DNA of 64,000 bases. Source: an uncultured Acidobacteriota bacterium. Its GTDB lineage: Bacteria; Acidobacteriota; Blastocatellia; RBC074. The position numbers and the translations under genes were made by a program. The stretch lies in NCBI GenBank assembly GCA_963796275.1, contig CAWCKY010000006.1:1824001-1888000 (forward strand), in the 5' to 3' direction. The notes under the pieces are model-generated. The model worked only from the letters and a program-made list of their open reading frames with translations, made no database searches and was not told the origin of the DNA. This document shows positions 19,162 to 28,735 of this stretch, in pieces. Positions within the stretch are counted from its first letter, which is position 1; each line of letters starts with the position of its first letter.

Positions 19162-21003
19162 TCAGCGATATCCGGCTGCCTGTAATTCGAAGAGTTGTGC
19201 ATATCGGCCGTCAGCCGCAAGCAATTCTTCGTGCGTGCCCAATTCCGTTATCCGCCCATCGGCGATGACTGCGATACGGTCAGCGATGCGCACGGTCGAG
19301 AATCGGTGCGAGATCACAATGCCGATACGTCCTCTGAGATTCTCCTTCAATTCGGCGAAGATTCCCGCCTCCGCCTCGGGATCGAGCGAGGATGTCGGTT
19401 CGTCCAGAATCCAGATGTCAGCGTCCCGGTACATAATCCGCGCCAGCGCGAGGCGCTGCCATTCACCCCCCGAGAGGTCGTGCCCCCCTTCGAAGAGCCG
19501 CCCCACCTTGGAATCGAGACCTTTCGGCATCTTCTTCACCAGCCACTCGCTGCGAGAATCCTTCAGCGCTTCCAACACTCGCTCATCGTCGATATCGATG
19601 TCCGGGCGGCCCATTACGACGTTATCCCTGACGGTCAGCTCATAACTCGCATAGTCCTGAAATAGCACGCCGATACGGCTGCGCAGCGATTCGGGGTCCA
19701 TCTCCCTCACGTCAACGCCGCCTACGCGCAGCGAACCCTGATCGGCATCGTAAAAACGAAGCAGCAGTTTGATGAGGGTGCTCTTGCCGGCTCCGTTCTC
19801 GCCGACGAGCGCGATCAACTCGCCGCTGCGTATCTTCAAGCTCAACCCCGCAACAGCCGGTTCCGTCCCGCCGGGATAGGAGAAGGTGACATTTTCGAAC
19901 TCGATCCCATTGACGTGGAGGCTGGGTACCGAATGAGGGTTGGCGGGCACCGGGACCAGCGGCTCGATCGCCAGAAAAGAGAAGTAGTCGTCGAGGAACG
20001 TGGTGTGCTGATCGACGGCTACAAAGGTGCTCGAAATCTGGCCCAGTGTCCCTGAGACCGACGTGAATGCCCCGATTACCAGGACAACGCCCCCCGGATC
20101 GATCGTGCCGGCAACCCCCTCGACTGCGACGAAGACGTAGGCCAGTGCGAGAGCCGTACCGGTCACCAGCCCGGTCGCGAGCGAGATGCGCGTGGCCGAC
20201 CGGTACATCTGCTCCCTCAATTTGAAAAGATCTTCCGACAGTTTTCGATGTCTTCCGAGAAGATAGTCGGCAAGCACGTAGGCTCGTATTTCCTTGGTGG
20301 TGCGCGGCTGGGCCAGCAGGTCGCCCATATACTCGCGTTCCCGCTCTTCCGGAGTTTCCTTGTAGAAGAATTCGTAGAGACGCGAAGTGATGCGGCGTTC
20401 GAGGACGAGCGAAATGCCCGCCGCCGCCAGCGCCATGACCACCAGCAGATAGTGAAGGCTCGCCAGGAGAGTAGCCATCAGAAGGATCGTCACGATGTTA
20501 CCCGACAGCCCGAGGACCGACCACGTGAGATCGCCAGGTCTCCAGGAGACGTCCCGCTTGGCGCGCGCTAGACGATCGTGCCAGTTGGAGTTATCGAAAT
20601 GACCGATGTCTACCTTCGAGGCCTGGGCCAGCAAACGCCTCTCCGCTTCCAGCTGTACGCGACGAACGAAGAGGTTCCGGCCGTATCCCATATATGCGCC
20701 TATCGCTCGTTGCACTCCGATGACGAGCCACAGGCCGATCACGATGGGAAGCAGGTCCCTGAGATGAAGCGTTTGCACGCGGGCTTCAGCGATGCCGTTG
20801 ACGAGACTTGCACCCAGGAAGACCGCAATGGGCGGCGTCGTGGCGCTCACCATTCCCAGCAGCGAATAGCGGATAAGCAAACGCGGTGACGCGGCCCAGG
20901 CCAGAGCAAGCGCCTGCTTCAGGTTCTTCCTCACTCTGCGCGTGCGGCCTTTCGCTGTGGCGGCCTCGGGCGATAGCCCCTCCGCTTCTGTTTCCTTTCT
21001 CAT
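19162..21003 (-). CDS. ABC exporter, fused permease + ATPase
   Basis: N-terminal TM helices, [29 protein letters not shown]; ATGA overlap with the upstream nucleotidyltransferase. Confidence 0.92.
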   Translation of the reverse strand: MRKETEAEGLSPEAATAKGRTRRVRKNLKQALALAWAASPRLLIRYSLLGMVSATTPPIAVFLGASLVNGIAEARVQTLHLRDLLPIVIGLWLVIGVQRAIGAYMGYGRNLFVRRVQLEAERRLLAQASKVDIGHFDNSNWHDRLARAKRDVSWRPGDLTWSVLGLSGNIVTILLMATLLASLHYLLVVMALAAAGISLVLERRITSRLYEFFYKETPEEREREYMGDLLAQPRTTKEIRAYVLADYLLGRHRKLSEDLFKLREQMYRSATRISLATGLVTGTALALAYVFVAVEGVAGTIDPGGVVLVIGAFTSVSGTLGQISSTFVAVDQHTTFLDDYFSFLAIEPLVPVPANPHSVPSLHVNGIEFENVTFSYPGGTEPAVAGLSLKIRSGELIALVGENGAGKSTLIKLLLRFYDADQGSLRVGGVDVREMDPESLRSRIGVLFQDYASYELTVRDNVVMGRPDIDIDDERVLEALKDSRSEWLVKKMPKGLDSKVGRLFEGGHDLSGGEWQRLALARIMYRDADIWILDEPTSSLDPEAEAGIFAELKENLRGRIGIVISHRFSTVRIADRIAVIADGRITELGTHEELLAADGRYAQLFELQAAGYR

Positions 21004-21938
21004 AAACACAATCTATCCCCATCTGCAGTGTAGAAGAAGGCGAGCTCCTGGACTTCGACTTTGCTCTTCTTCGTCAGGCGTATAGGCGTCGAGGCTTTGC
21101 CGATAAGCCCCTGATCCGCCAGGTACTCGCACGCCGTAGTCACGCAGCTCACATCGAAGTTCCGTTCGAAATGGTCCTCGATCTCGCCGGAGCCCCGCGC
21201 TTCCCCGATTTCACGCAGATGATCGATCACCGGCTTGAATAGCGCCGCGGCCCGCTCTGCCATGTAACGGTCGATCGCGTCCAGCGCCGCCTGCACGCTC
21301 TTTCGCGTCTTTTTATGATTGAGCAGGTCGGCGTAGATCGTCTTGAAAAAAGTCGGATTCAGTTTCATCGCCTGCGGAATCACCTCGCGATCGGCCAGCA
21401 GGCGCGCACCGATCACCTCAACCTGCGCCAGCGGCGTCGCGGCATAGAGAATCCAAAGCGCGGTATAGTCGATGTCGCCGCGCGTTTCGAAAAATTTATG
21501 AGCTTTGTAGATCGGGGGGAGCGCGTTCGTCGCTGCGCGCAGGAGCTGCACTTGCGTATCGCGATCGCCGATTTCGTTCAATGTGGCGCAGAGATCGGCG
21601 ATCGTCTGGTCGTGCGTGTAAAGCAACCGCCCCTTCGCCAGAAATGAGTGCGCGAACGAGTTGCGCACCGATCCCTCGACTGTCTTACGGAACTCTGCAC
21701 GCGGAATTAGGTACGCGTGAACATTCATCCCGTCCGCATAAAGCGCGATGCTTGACCGGGCGGCTTTCTTGTCGTCGATCGTCACTAGCACAAGGTCGAT
21801 GTCCGACTTCTCCCATACCGCGTCGTGCGACAGGCTGCCGCAGAGGATGGCAGCGAGGATCGTCCCGTCATCTTTCACCTGCTCGACCAGCTCATCGAGC
21901 GCTTTCGTGAATTTCTGCTGGATCGAATCGTCTCCCAT
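21000..21938 (-). CDS. Pol-beta superfamily nucleotidyltransferase-like protein with helical C-terminal domain
   Basis: hGS-x9-DxD motif ([17 protein letters not shown]), followed by a helical bundle and a possible wHTH tail. Confidence 0.7.
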   Translation of the reverse strand: MGDDSIQQKFTKALDELVEQVKDDGTILAAILCGSLSHDAVWEKSDIDLVLVTIDDKKAARSSIALYADGMNVHAYLIPRAEFRKTVEGSVRNSFAHSFLAKGRLLYTHDQTIADLCATLNEIGDRDTQVQLLRAATNALPPIYKAHKFFETRGDIDYTALWILYAATPLAQVEVIGARLLADREVIPQAMKLNPTFFKTIYADLLNHKKTRKSVQAALDAIDRYMAERAAALFKPVIDHLREIGEARGSGEIEDHFERNFDVSCVTTACEYLADQGLIGKASTPIRLTKKSKVEVQELAFFYTADGDRLCL

Positions 21939-21980
21939 GCGTGGTCGTCAAAATACAGGACGGCTCTCAGAAAGCTCCGA

Positions 21981-22409
21981 CTATCGTTCATCCGGCGGAT
22001 CGCTCTTCTTCATGTGCTTGACTGATCCCTTGATGATCCGCTTGAGCGTCGGCAGATCGATATCCGATAGCCGTTTGATATAAATACATGTTTTACCGCG
22101 CGAGTGTTTGCCGAGCCGAGCCATAAGCTCATCGTATCCTGCGAAACCCGGCCAGATGTAGAGCGTGATGTTCTGTTTGCGCGGAGAAAAGGCGGTCAGC
22201 GTCCAATCGCCCTCGCGGCCGCTCGCATATTTGTAGTGATAGCTGCCGAATCCTACGATGCTGGAGCCCCACATTTGCGGCTTCTCGTTGGTGGCCTTCC
22301 GCATTATGTCGACAATCGTCCAACAATCCTGGCGGACCTGTTCGTCTTTGATCGAATTGAGAAAGTCATCGACGGAAGCATCGTTCACTTTTGTCTTGAT
22401 CTCGGCCAT
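21981..22409 (-). CDS. DUF1801 (YdhG-like) protein
   Basis: MWGSSIVGFGSYHYKYASGREGDW...FSPRKQ...LGKH..GKTCIYIKRLSDID. Confidence 0.85.
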   Translation of the reverse strand: MAEIKTKVNDASVDDFLNSIKDEQVRQDCWTIVDIMRKATNEKPQMWGSSIVGFGSYHYKYASGREGDWTLTAFSPRKQNITLYIWPGFAGYDELMARLGKHSRGKTCIYIKRLSDIDLPTLKRIIKGSVKHMKKSDPPDER

Positions 22410-22430
22410 CTATCCTCCCCAAAGCGATTC

Positions 22431-22817
22431 TCACCTTTGCCGTTCGCCCAGGCAGTAACAGAGCCCGTCCGGCGCTACAACGAAAAAAACTTTCCACGCG
22501 GTTTCGCCATGTCGATCGATGCGGAAGCCGGCATCTCCTTTTTCCAAACCATTCGATTGCAATTCTGCGAAGGCCGCTTCGACGTCGTCTACCTCGAAAA
22601 AACATCCCTCCTGGGACGGGTCGCCTCCGTTTTCGGCCAGCCCGATTTGAATGCCGTCTCGCGCAAGAATAGCCGACTTATGCGGCGCGTCTTTTCGTGA
22701 GAGGACGCGGAATCCGAATATTTTTTCATAGTAGGGAATTGCCGTATCGACGTTCTCAACCGGGAGATTCAATGCATCGTCAGCATAAGGCATTGCGGAT
22801 CGATATACTGCTTTCAT
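22431..22817 (-). CDS. VOC/glyoxalase/bleomycin-resistance family protein
   Basis: LPVENVDTAIPYYEKIFGF...FEVDDVEA...APDG; AAGGAG RBS before ATG 22817. Confidence 0.82.
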   Translation of the reverse strand: MKAVYRSAMPYADDALNLPVENVDTAIPYYEKIFGFRVLSRKDAPHKSAILARDGIQIGLAENGGDPSQEGCFFEVDDVEAAFAELQSNGLEKGDAGFRIDRHGETAWKVFFVVAPDGLCYCLGERQR

Positions 22818-22990
22818 CGTTAAGCTCCTTAAACTTCGACCATAACTCCCGCGTTGCAATGACAACTTGGCGAATTGAATAGCCACCGGACACCGGAAGA
22901 ACCGCGGGAATGATCAAGCAAATATTCCTGAGAGATTTGTTTTATGCCTCGTCTCCAATCGAATCTAATAGCTCCGGTGGGCCGGACAAT

Positions 22991-23668
22991 TCACATCATC
23001 CTGACCGCCCACCCCCGGACGACGCGCGCCATCTCGACGAATACATCCTCCTCGCTCGTGCGGGAACGTTTGAGGATGCGGAAGCCGTGGTCGGCGGTGT
23101 CCAGCGTGTGTAGTGTCACGCGTTCGCCGAGTTTTTTGCAGACAGATTCCAGTAGGTCCAGACGCGCCAACGCGTCGCGCGTGCCGCTGAGGAACAGCAT
23201 TGGAACGCTTACCGCTCCCAGGTGGTCGGCGCGCTTCGTTTCCGCTCTGCCGGGTTGATGCAGCGGGAAAGAGAATAAGACCAGCCCGCATACGCCATCG
23301 AGTGATGACTCAGAAGCCGCCGTGGATGTCATTCGCCCTCCGAATGAATGGCCGCCGGCCAGAAGCGGGAGATCTGAAGCCACCTTGTGAGCCGCCGAGA
23401 TCGCTGATCGAATGGTCGTTGTGCAAACCTCCTGAGAGTCGCGTCCCTTCCCGTGTTCCATGTAAGGGAAATTATAGCGGAAGGTCGCAACTCCCGTGTC
23501 GGCCATCCGATCCGCAATGTTCTGGAGTATGGCATGTCGCATGTTCGTGCTCGCCCCGTGACCGATCACTAATAGATGGCTCGCACCAGCGGGACGGGTC
23601 AAAATAGCCGAAACCTCTCCCTTCTCCCGCGTCGCTAAAAATTTCATCTCTATTATTTTGTGAGTCAT
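22991..23668 (-). CDS. Alpha/beta hydrolase (KANL3/Tex30-like)
   Basis: HGA, RYNFPYM, GGHSFGGR, FPLH, GTRD, ADH catalytic motifs. Confidence 0.82.
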   Translation of the reverse strand: MTHKIIEMKFLATREKGEVSAILTRPAGASHLLVIGHGASTNMRHAILQNIADRMADTGVATFRYNFPYMEHGKGRDSQEVCTTTIRSAISAAHKVASDLPLLAGGHSFGGRMTSTAASESSLDGVCGLVLFSFPLHQPGRAETKRADHLGAVSVPMLFLSGTRDALARLDLLESVCKKLGERVTLHTLDTADHGFRILKRSRTSEEDVFVEMARVVRGWAVRMM

Positions 23669-23933
23669 CTCGAGGTCGCCACGATGCTCGATCACGATGC
23701 ATGAAGTCGAATGTCGTCGATCCTTCCCGTTCTATCCGACAGCCATCTTGATCAATGTCGTCCCGTTTATAACACACTTGTTCGATTCATCAAATAAGAA
23801 AAATCAGAAAGACGTGACCGTTCCTGGCCCTCAACGGGGGAATGGGTCAGTCGTCTGGCAATTCTTGACTGCCCAGTCTAGCTCTGTTTGTGACTGAATC
23901 TATTAAGTGTTAATGAAGCGGGGTATCGAACTC

Positions 23934-24371
23934 TCACTCTGCAGAGAGCACGGTGTTTTCCGGTACATCCGTATAACTCTCGAACTCTATCCGATAGCCG
24001 TCGGGATCCGACAGGGTAGTGACCCACATACCATTCCCAACGTAGGGTATCGAGGCCTTAATTCCTCGAGAGGTGACCTCGCGATAAATTGCCAGGGCAT
24101 CCTCACAGATGAAACAAACCGAGACGCCCTGACCCAGTTTTCCTTCGGGCACATTGGCATGGTGGCCGTCTTTCCAGAATTCTTGCAGCATCAGGGCAGC
24201 ACCACCTCGCGCGAGCCAGCACCAGCGAAGCTTGCCCTCATCGATCCATTTCCCGGTCATCTCGAAGCCGAGACCCTCGACATAATATCGGACGGATTCA
24301 TCAATGTTCGAAACGCGGAAAAACGGTACTGCCTGCTTGACGTTCGGTTCGGAAGTTTTCTCGCCTGTCAT
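23934..24371 (-). CDS. VOC/glyoxalase/bleomycin-resistance family protein
   Basis: VPFFRVSNIDESVRYYVEGLGF...DPDGYRIEF. Confidence 0.85.
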   Translation of the reverse strand: MTGEKTSEPNVKQAVPFFRVSNIDESVRYYVEGLGFEMTGKWIDEGKLRWCWLARGGAALMLQEFWKDGHHANVPEGKLGQGVSVCFICEDALAIYREVTSRGIKASIPYVGNGMWVTTLSDPDGYRIEFESYTDVPENTVLSAE

Positions 24372-24531
24372 GATTCGAACTCCTCACACACTCATTATGA
24401 TTTGAATGCTCTATCCACTTATAATCGATAGTGGAATTGGCCGGTGAAAAAAATCGATCAATTAAATGAAACCATTGCGGGTTCTGCATCAGTCTATTAC
24501 GATGATCGACTGTCCTTTTTCTATGGCTGTG

Positions 24532-24580
24532 TCTGTATTGCGTCGTATTGCATCTGTATTCTGTATTGCAACTGTATAAT
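24532..24580. repeat. Short direct repeats (c)TGTATTGC in the divergent intergenic region
   Basis: Five degenerate copies at about 24534, 24544, 24555, 24562 and 24573. Confidence 0.5.
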
Positions 24581-24784
24581 AATAAGAGTACCGGAAAAGA
24601 ACAGAAAACCGCTAAGTCGTGAGTCGTCAATAGTTGATGAGATTTATAATAACTATGAAAAGAAATATCTCATCAAACTCTATTTAAATCTTTTTTTGAC
24701 CCGACAACTGACGTCTCTCGTGCGACATGAACATGTAGATAGCGTTATCTAAACGCCCCGACGAGAGGCCGAAAAAGCGGGAGC

Positions 24785-27700
24785 ATGCTGCACCCTTACG
24801 ACACGTCGATTGATGAGTCCTCACCCAATCGTGGAGAACTATTTCTTCAGCGATATAATCGTTTACTAGATTGGGCAATGAAGCTCACTAATCAACGGCG
24901 GGCTGCCGCTGAGGACTTGGTTCACGATGCCTTTGTCCAATTCATGCTTTGTCGGTTGGAGGGCATCAACAACCTTGATGGTTATCTTTACGGCATGCTG
25001 CGGAAAATGCGCATATCGCAATTGCGCCGGTCAGCTCAGCAGATAAATAAGATGTATCATATTAGAATTGCCGATTACGATTCAGCGGAGGGTGGACTCG
25101 TTGCAGTATTACGAGCTGAATCGCACGCCGTAGATTCCCGCATTCAGATTCAGGACGAACTTCAGCAGATTTGCCAATATGTCTGTTCGCGCAAAGAGAC
25201 ATCCAAATCGGCAAGTATTCTTATTCTGAGATTTTTTCTGGGTTATTTTCCGCGCGAGATTGCCAAGATTCTCCGCTGTCAGGATCGGGCCGTACGCGAC
25301 CTGCTGATGACCGCCAGGCGGGAGGTGAAGCTCTACCTGAACTCTCCCGAGCAGTTGAAGTTTTTTACCGGCAATATCGGAAACGGAAATAAAAATAGTG
25401 GCGATGGGCAGAAGACTGGTGACGGGTTTAAATGGAATTCAACCGACAACCTGTTGCAGGACTTACGCACTACAATATTCCGATCACGAGAGCATGAATG
25501 TTTGTCCGCGGAACAGATTCAGAAATTTTACGATGATGAGGCCCCCGCTAACGCGCTCGATTGCGTGACGCTGGCCCACGTCGTCAGTTGCATCGGTTGT
25601 CTGGAGCATATCAATCGAATTCTTCAATTGCCGCCTCTGCTTGATCGTTTTCCCACCGACATGCTCGGCCCGGATAGCAAACGGAATGGCTCTGATGACG
25701 GGGACGGATCGGCCACGGGCAGTGCCAATGGCAGCAAGAGCAGCAGTGCCAACAGCAATAGCCATGCCATCTCACAACAGAGGTTGATGGAAGCCTTCGA
25801 GCATCGCCCGCAGGAACTTAGCGTGAGCGTCAATGGGTTCATTATCGGATCGCTCAAGATCAGCGGAGATACGAATGAACTTATTCTGAATCGAAATGGA
25901 GATGAGCCGGTCGAGTTTATTGAAGTCTTCAGCGAACAGGGGATCAGGTTATTGTTCTTTGAACCTGGTTCACCGGCCTGTGACGGGCGACATGATTACT
26001 GTATCCAACTGAGCAACGGGCGAAAACTTCACGTAGATTTCACTCCCGGTGTTCCCTGGTCATCATTCCAGATTTCATACAGCGACCCCGAGCTTAGCGA
26101 GATGGAAGAGCCGGCTCGTCTGAAGTTGGTCGAAAGCATTTCACAAAATCCGGTCCCGGCAGTGATTCTCTCAGAACCGCATCAGCTCCCGGTCGAGCCA
26201 GATCAAACATTATCGAGTGAACCGGCTACTCTGCCGCGTCCCTCCGAGGTCGGTCTCGTTTACGGTAAATTCAACGAGTTCTGGCGGGCTCTGGCGTCAT
26301 CATGCCAATTACTTTTCAGCGCCCGGCTCTGGACGCATCCCGGGCGGGTGACTGCGTTTGTTGCATCTTTGATAGCTATCGCGCTTGTGATTCACGGCCA
26401 GCTCGCACCGTCAATCAACGCCGCCAGTATTTTGGCGCGGGCGAACTCAACCGAAGAGAAGATTAGCAGCAATCCGGGCGTCATTCAGCACCGAATTATG
26501 GATTTTGAAGAGCGCCGTCCTGCTGATGGCCGGGTGATCTCGCGCTGGCGGATCGAGGACTACCGAAGCGGCGCGCGGGGCGTCAAGGTGCGACGCCTCT
26601 ACGATGAGAAGAATCGTCTGGTCGCCGGTGAGTGGCGAAGAGCGGACGGAACGCGCACGCTATACGGGCTTCAGGCGTCGCCGCAGGCTTCAACGCGGTT
26701 TTCAGCCCAGACTCTCAACCTGGACGACATCTGGCAACTCGATCTGTCCGCCAAAGAGTTCACGGCGCTGATCAAAAATCCCGATACTGCCACGATTGAA
26801 GAGACGGCTCGTAGCTACGTCATCAGATACCAACTTCCTGCGCCCGGCCCCACTCGGGCCATGGCAGAACTGATCAGCGCCGTAATCACTTTGAGCAAGC
26901 ACGATCTCTATCCGCTCGGGCAGACGCTCTTGATTCGACAGGCGGACGAGACCCGCGAATTTCATTTCAACGAGGCCAGCTACGAACAACTTCCGGTGAT
27001 CCGCGTATCACCCGATAGGTTTGAGCCGGAACCGGAACTCCTCGGCGACCGGGAGGCGAAGGGAAGTTTGAGCAATTTGTTAGAAGCCGCTCCCAATCCC
27101 AAGCCGGAGCCTTCGCCCGCAGCACTGGCGACTGCCGAATTGGAGGTCGAAGTGATCCGTTTGTTGGATCAGGTAAATGCCTTCTCGCGCGATCAACTGA
27201 ACGTGACTCGGTCGTCAAAAGGATTGCTTCAGGTAGAAGGCATAATTGATACTGATGAACGCAAGCAAGAGCTGGTGCGATCTCTCCTCACGGTTCAAAA
27301 CCATCCGGCGATCAGAATCAGGATCGAGACTTCGGCTGAGGCCGTAAAACGCCTGGCAGGGCAACAGTCGAATACGACCGTGAATCTGTCAGGTGCAAAC
27401 GAAGTTAGATTTACCAATAAATTCCCCCCTGCATATCCCGAGCTACGCCGCTACTTCAGCGAACGGGGTGCTGCCAATGAGCGCACCGATGCTATTGATA
27501 AATACACTGACACGATGTTGCGCCGTTCGCGTCGAACGTTGCAGCACGCGCGCGCGATGAAGCAGATCGCTGCTCGTTTCACACCGGAGCAGTTGAAGAC
27601 GCTTGACGAAAAGGCGCTCGCACAATGGCATACGATGATACGCGAACACGCGCGTTCATTTCAGAATGAAGTATCAATTATGCGTCGCGAGCTTGAACCT

Positions 27701-27955
27701 ATCTTCCTCCCCCCGAACTTTGTTACCGAGACGCAGACCGAAGCTGAATTTACCAACGACGTCGAATTGGTAAACGCCGTAGGACGCCTGTTCGAGGTCT
27801 GGGCGGATATCGATGAAGATGTACGCAATGCATTTTCAATCAGCACGGCTGATCCGATAATAATAGAAATCAAACTACCGCAGTTCTGGCGTTCTCTGAA
27901 AAGCGCCGAGAGTCTCGCAGCGGTAGTGAAAAGTTTTCCCACGAATCATCGCTGA
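24785..27955 (+). CDS. ECF sigma factor fused to a zinc anti-sigma motif, a TM helix and a large extracytoplasmic region
   Basis: Sigma2 (AAAEDLVHDAFVQF), sigma4 (ILILRFFLGYFPREIAKIL...ARRE), HVVSCIGC at about aa 265, hydrophobic helix at about aa 522-538, about 500 aa C-terminal region. Confidence 0.8.
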   Translation: MLHPYDTSIDESSPNRGELFLQRYNRLLDWAMKLTNQRRAAAEDLVHDAFVQFMLCRLEGINNLDGYLYGMLRKMRISQLRRSAQQINKMYHIRIADYDSAEGGLVAVLRAESHAVDSRIQIQDELQQICQYVCSRKETSKSASILILRFFLGYFPREIAKILRCQDRAVRDLLMTARREVKLYLNSPEQLKFFTGNIGNGNKNSGDGQKTGDGFKWNSTDNLLQDLRTTIFRSREHECLSAEQIQKFYDDEAPANALDCVTLAHVVSCIGCLEHINRILQLPPLLDRFPTDMLGPDSKRNGSDDGDGSATGSANGSKSSSANSNSHAISQQRLMEAFEHRPQELSVSVNGFIIGSLKISGDTNELILNRNGDEPVEFIEVFSEQGIRLLFFEPGSPACDGRHDYCIQLSNGRKLHVDFTPGVPWSSFQISYSDPELSEMEEPARLKLVESISQNPVPAVILSEPHQLPVEPDQTLSSEPATLPRPSEVGLVYGKFNEFWRALASSCQLLFSARLWTHPGRVTAFVASLIAIALVIHGQLAPSINAASILARANSTEEKISSNPGVIQHRIMDFEERRPADGRVISRWRIEDYRSGARGVKVRRLYDEKNRLVAGEWRRADGTRTLYGLQASPQASTRFSAQTLNLDDIWQLDLSAKEFTALIKNPDTATIEETARSYVIRYQLPAPGPTRAMAELISAVITLSKHDLYPLGQTLLIRQADETREFHFNEASYEQLPVIRVSPDRFEPEPELLGDREAKGSLSNLLEAAPNPKPEPSPAALATAELEVEVIRLLDQVNAFSRDQLNVTRSSKGLLQVEGIIDTDERKQELVRSLLTVQNHPAIRIRIETSAEAVKRLAGQQSNTTVNLSGANEVRFTNKFPPAYPELRRYFSERGAANERTDAIDKYTDTMLRRSRRTLQHARAMKQIAARFTPEQLKTLDEKALAQWHTMIREHARSFQNEVSIMRRELEPIFLPPNFVTETQTEAEFTNDVELVNAVGRLFEVWADIDEDVRNAFSISTADPIIIEIKLPQFWRSLKSAESLAAVVKSFPTNHR

Positions 27956-27967
27956 GCTAATAAGGAA

Positions 27968-28234
27968 ATGAACGAAAAGACTGCAAGAGAAAAACTGGTC
28001 TCTTACGTGGCTGGGACTTGTTCGCCGACAGAAAAAAAAGATTTTGAAGGTCATTGTCTCACCTGTAGCGAGTGCCGATTTGTATTGGCAGTTCTTCTGC
28101 GCGTCACATACCTGCCTATCGATGAAGAAGAGAAGAAGGTTTTAGAGCGTCTGTATCCGCACGGCGTTTTAGCAGCCAGCATGGCGCTGGAAAACGTAAC
28201 TCAGCGACCTGAATACATAGAAATGCGTGCCTGA
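27968..28234 (+). CDS. Small stand-alone zf-HC2 (ZAS) anti-sigma-like protein
   Basis: LVSYVAG...E..FEGHCLTCSEC (HxxxCxxC); TAAGGA RBS, 12 bp after the sigma fusion. Confidence 0.75.
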   Translation: MNEKTAREKLVSYVAGTCSPTEKKDFEGHCLTCSECRFVLAVLLRVTYLPIDEEEKKVLERLYPHGVLAASMALENVTQRPEYIEMRA

Positions 28235-28735
28235 GCGACACTACCATCGCAAATCCTTAGGTCTCCACCGCAACCGCATATCCACAAATTGCGCCAACTG
28301 TAATTTCATTCCCTCCCATTGATGGGTGGAAATCGACTTTTCAACCTACTTATGCGGCAGTCCATTATATTTTTAATGCCGGCTACTGCCTTGCCGCATA
28401 TTATTTGATTATCGGTCGATTTGACCCTGAAGTCCGAATTTTCTGCCCTGCATTACATCGGGTTTCATTTGAAGAATAGATGATTGGTCGAAGACCAAGA
28501 ATTGGCGCAACCTGTCCGGTTCGAATCCAATGTGATCAGAGCACGCTGGTTACCCCTCGTGGTAATGACTGGACGCGATCGTCACGAATTGGGTGAAGAG
28601 CCTCGATATCAAAATGCTCGATAATATGAGCGCCACGGTTGCCGCTGTCTCCGGTTTTAATGCATCTGCTCATTCAGGTGGAAAACGCAATAATTCATCG
28701 CTGCGATTCCTTGATCGAGTGATGAAGAGGAATCG

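Noticed and set aside
23717-23742. Fourth ECF42-like promoter (TGTCGG-N16-CGAC, minus strand)
   Set aside because: Mismatch in the -35 element and different spacing; too weak to call.
28681-28710. Possible Zur box upstream of the ZnuD-like receptor
   Set aside because: Only a weak CGCA...TGCG symmetry; not convincing.
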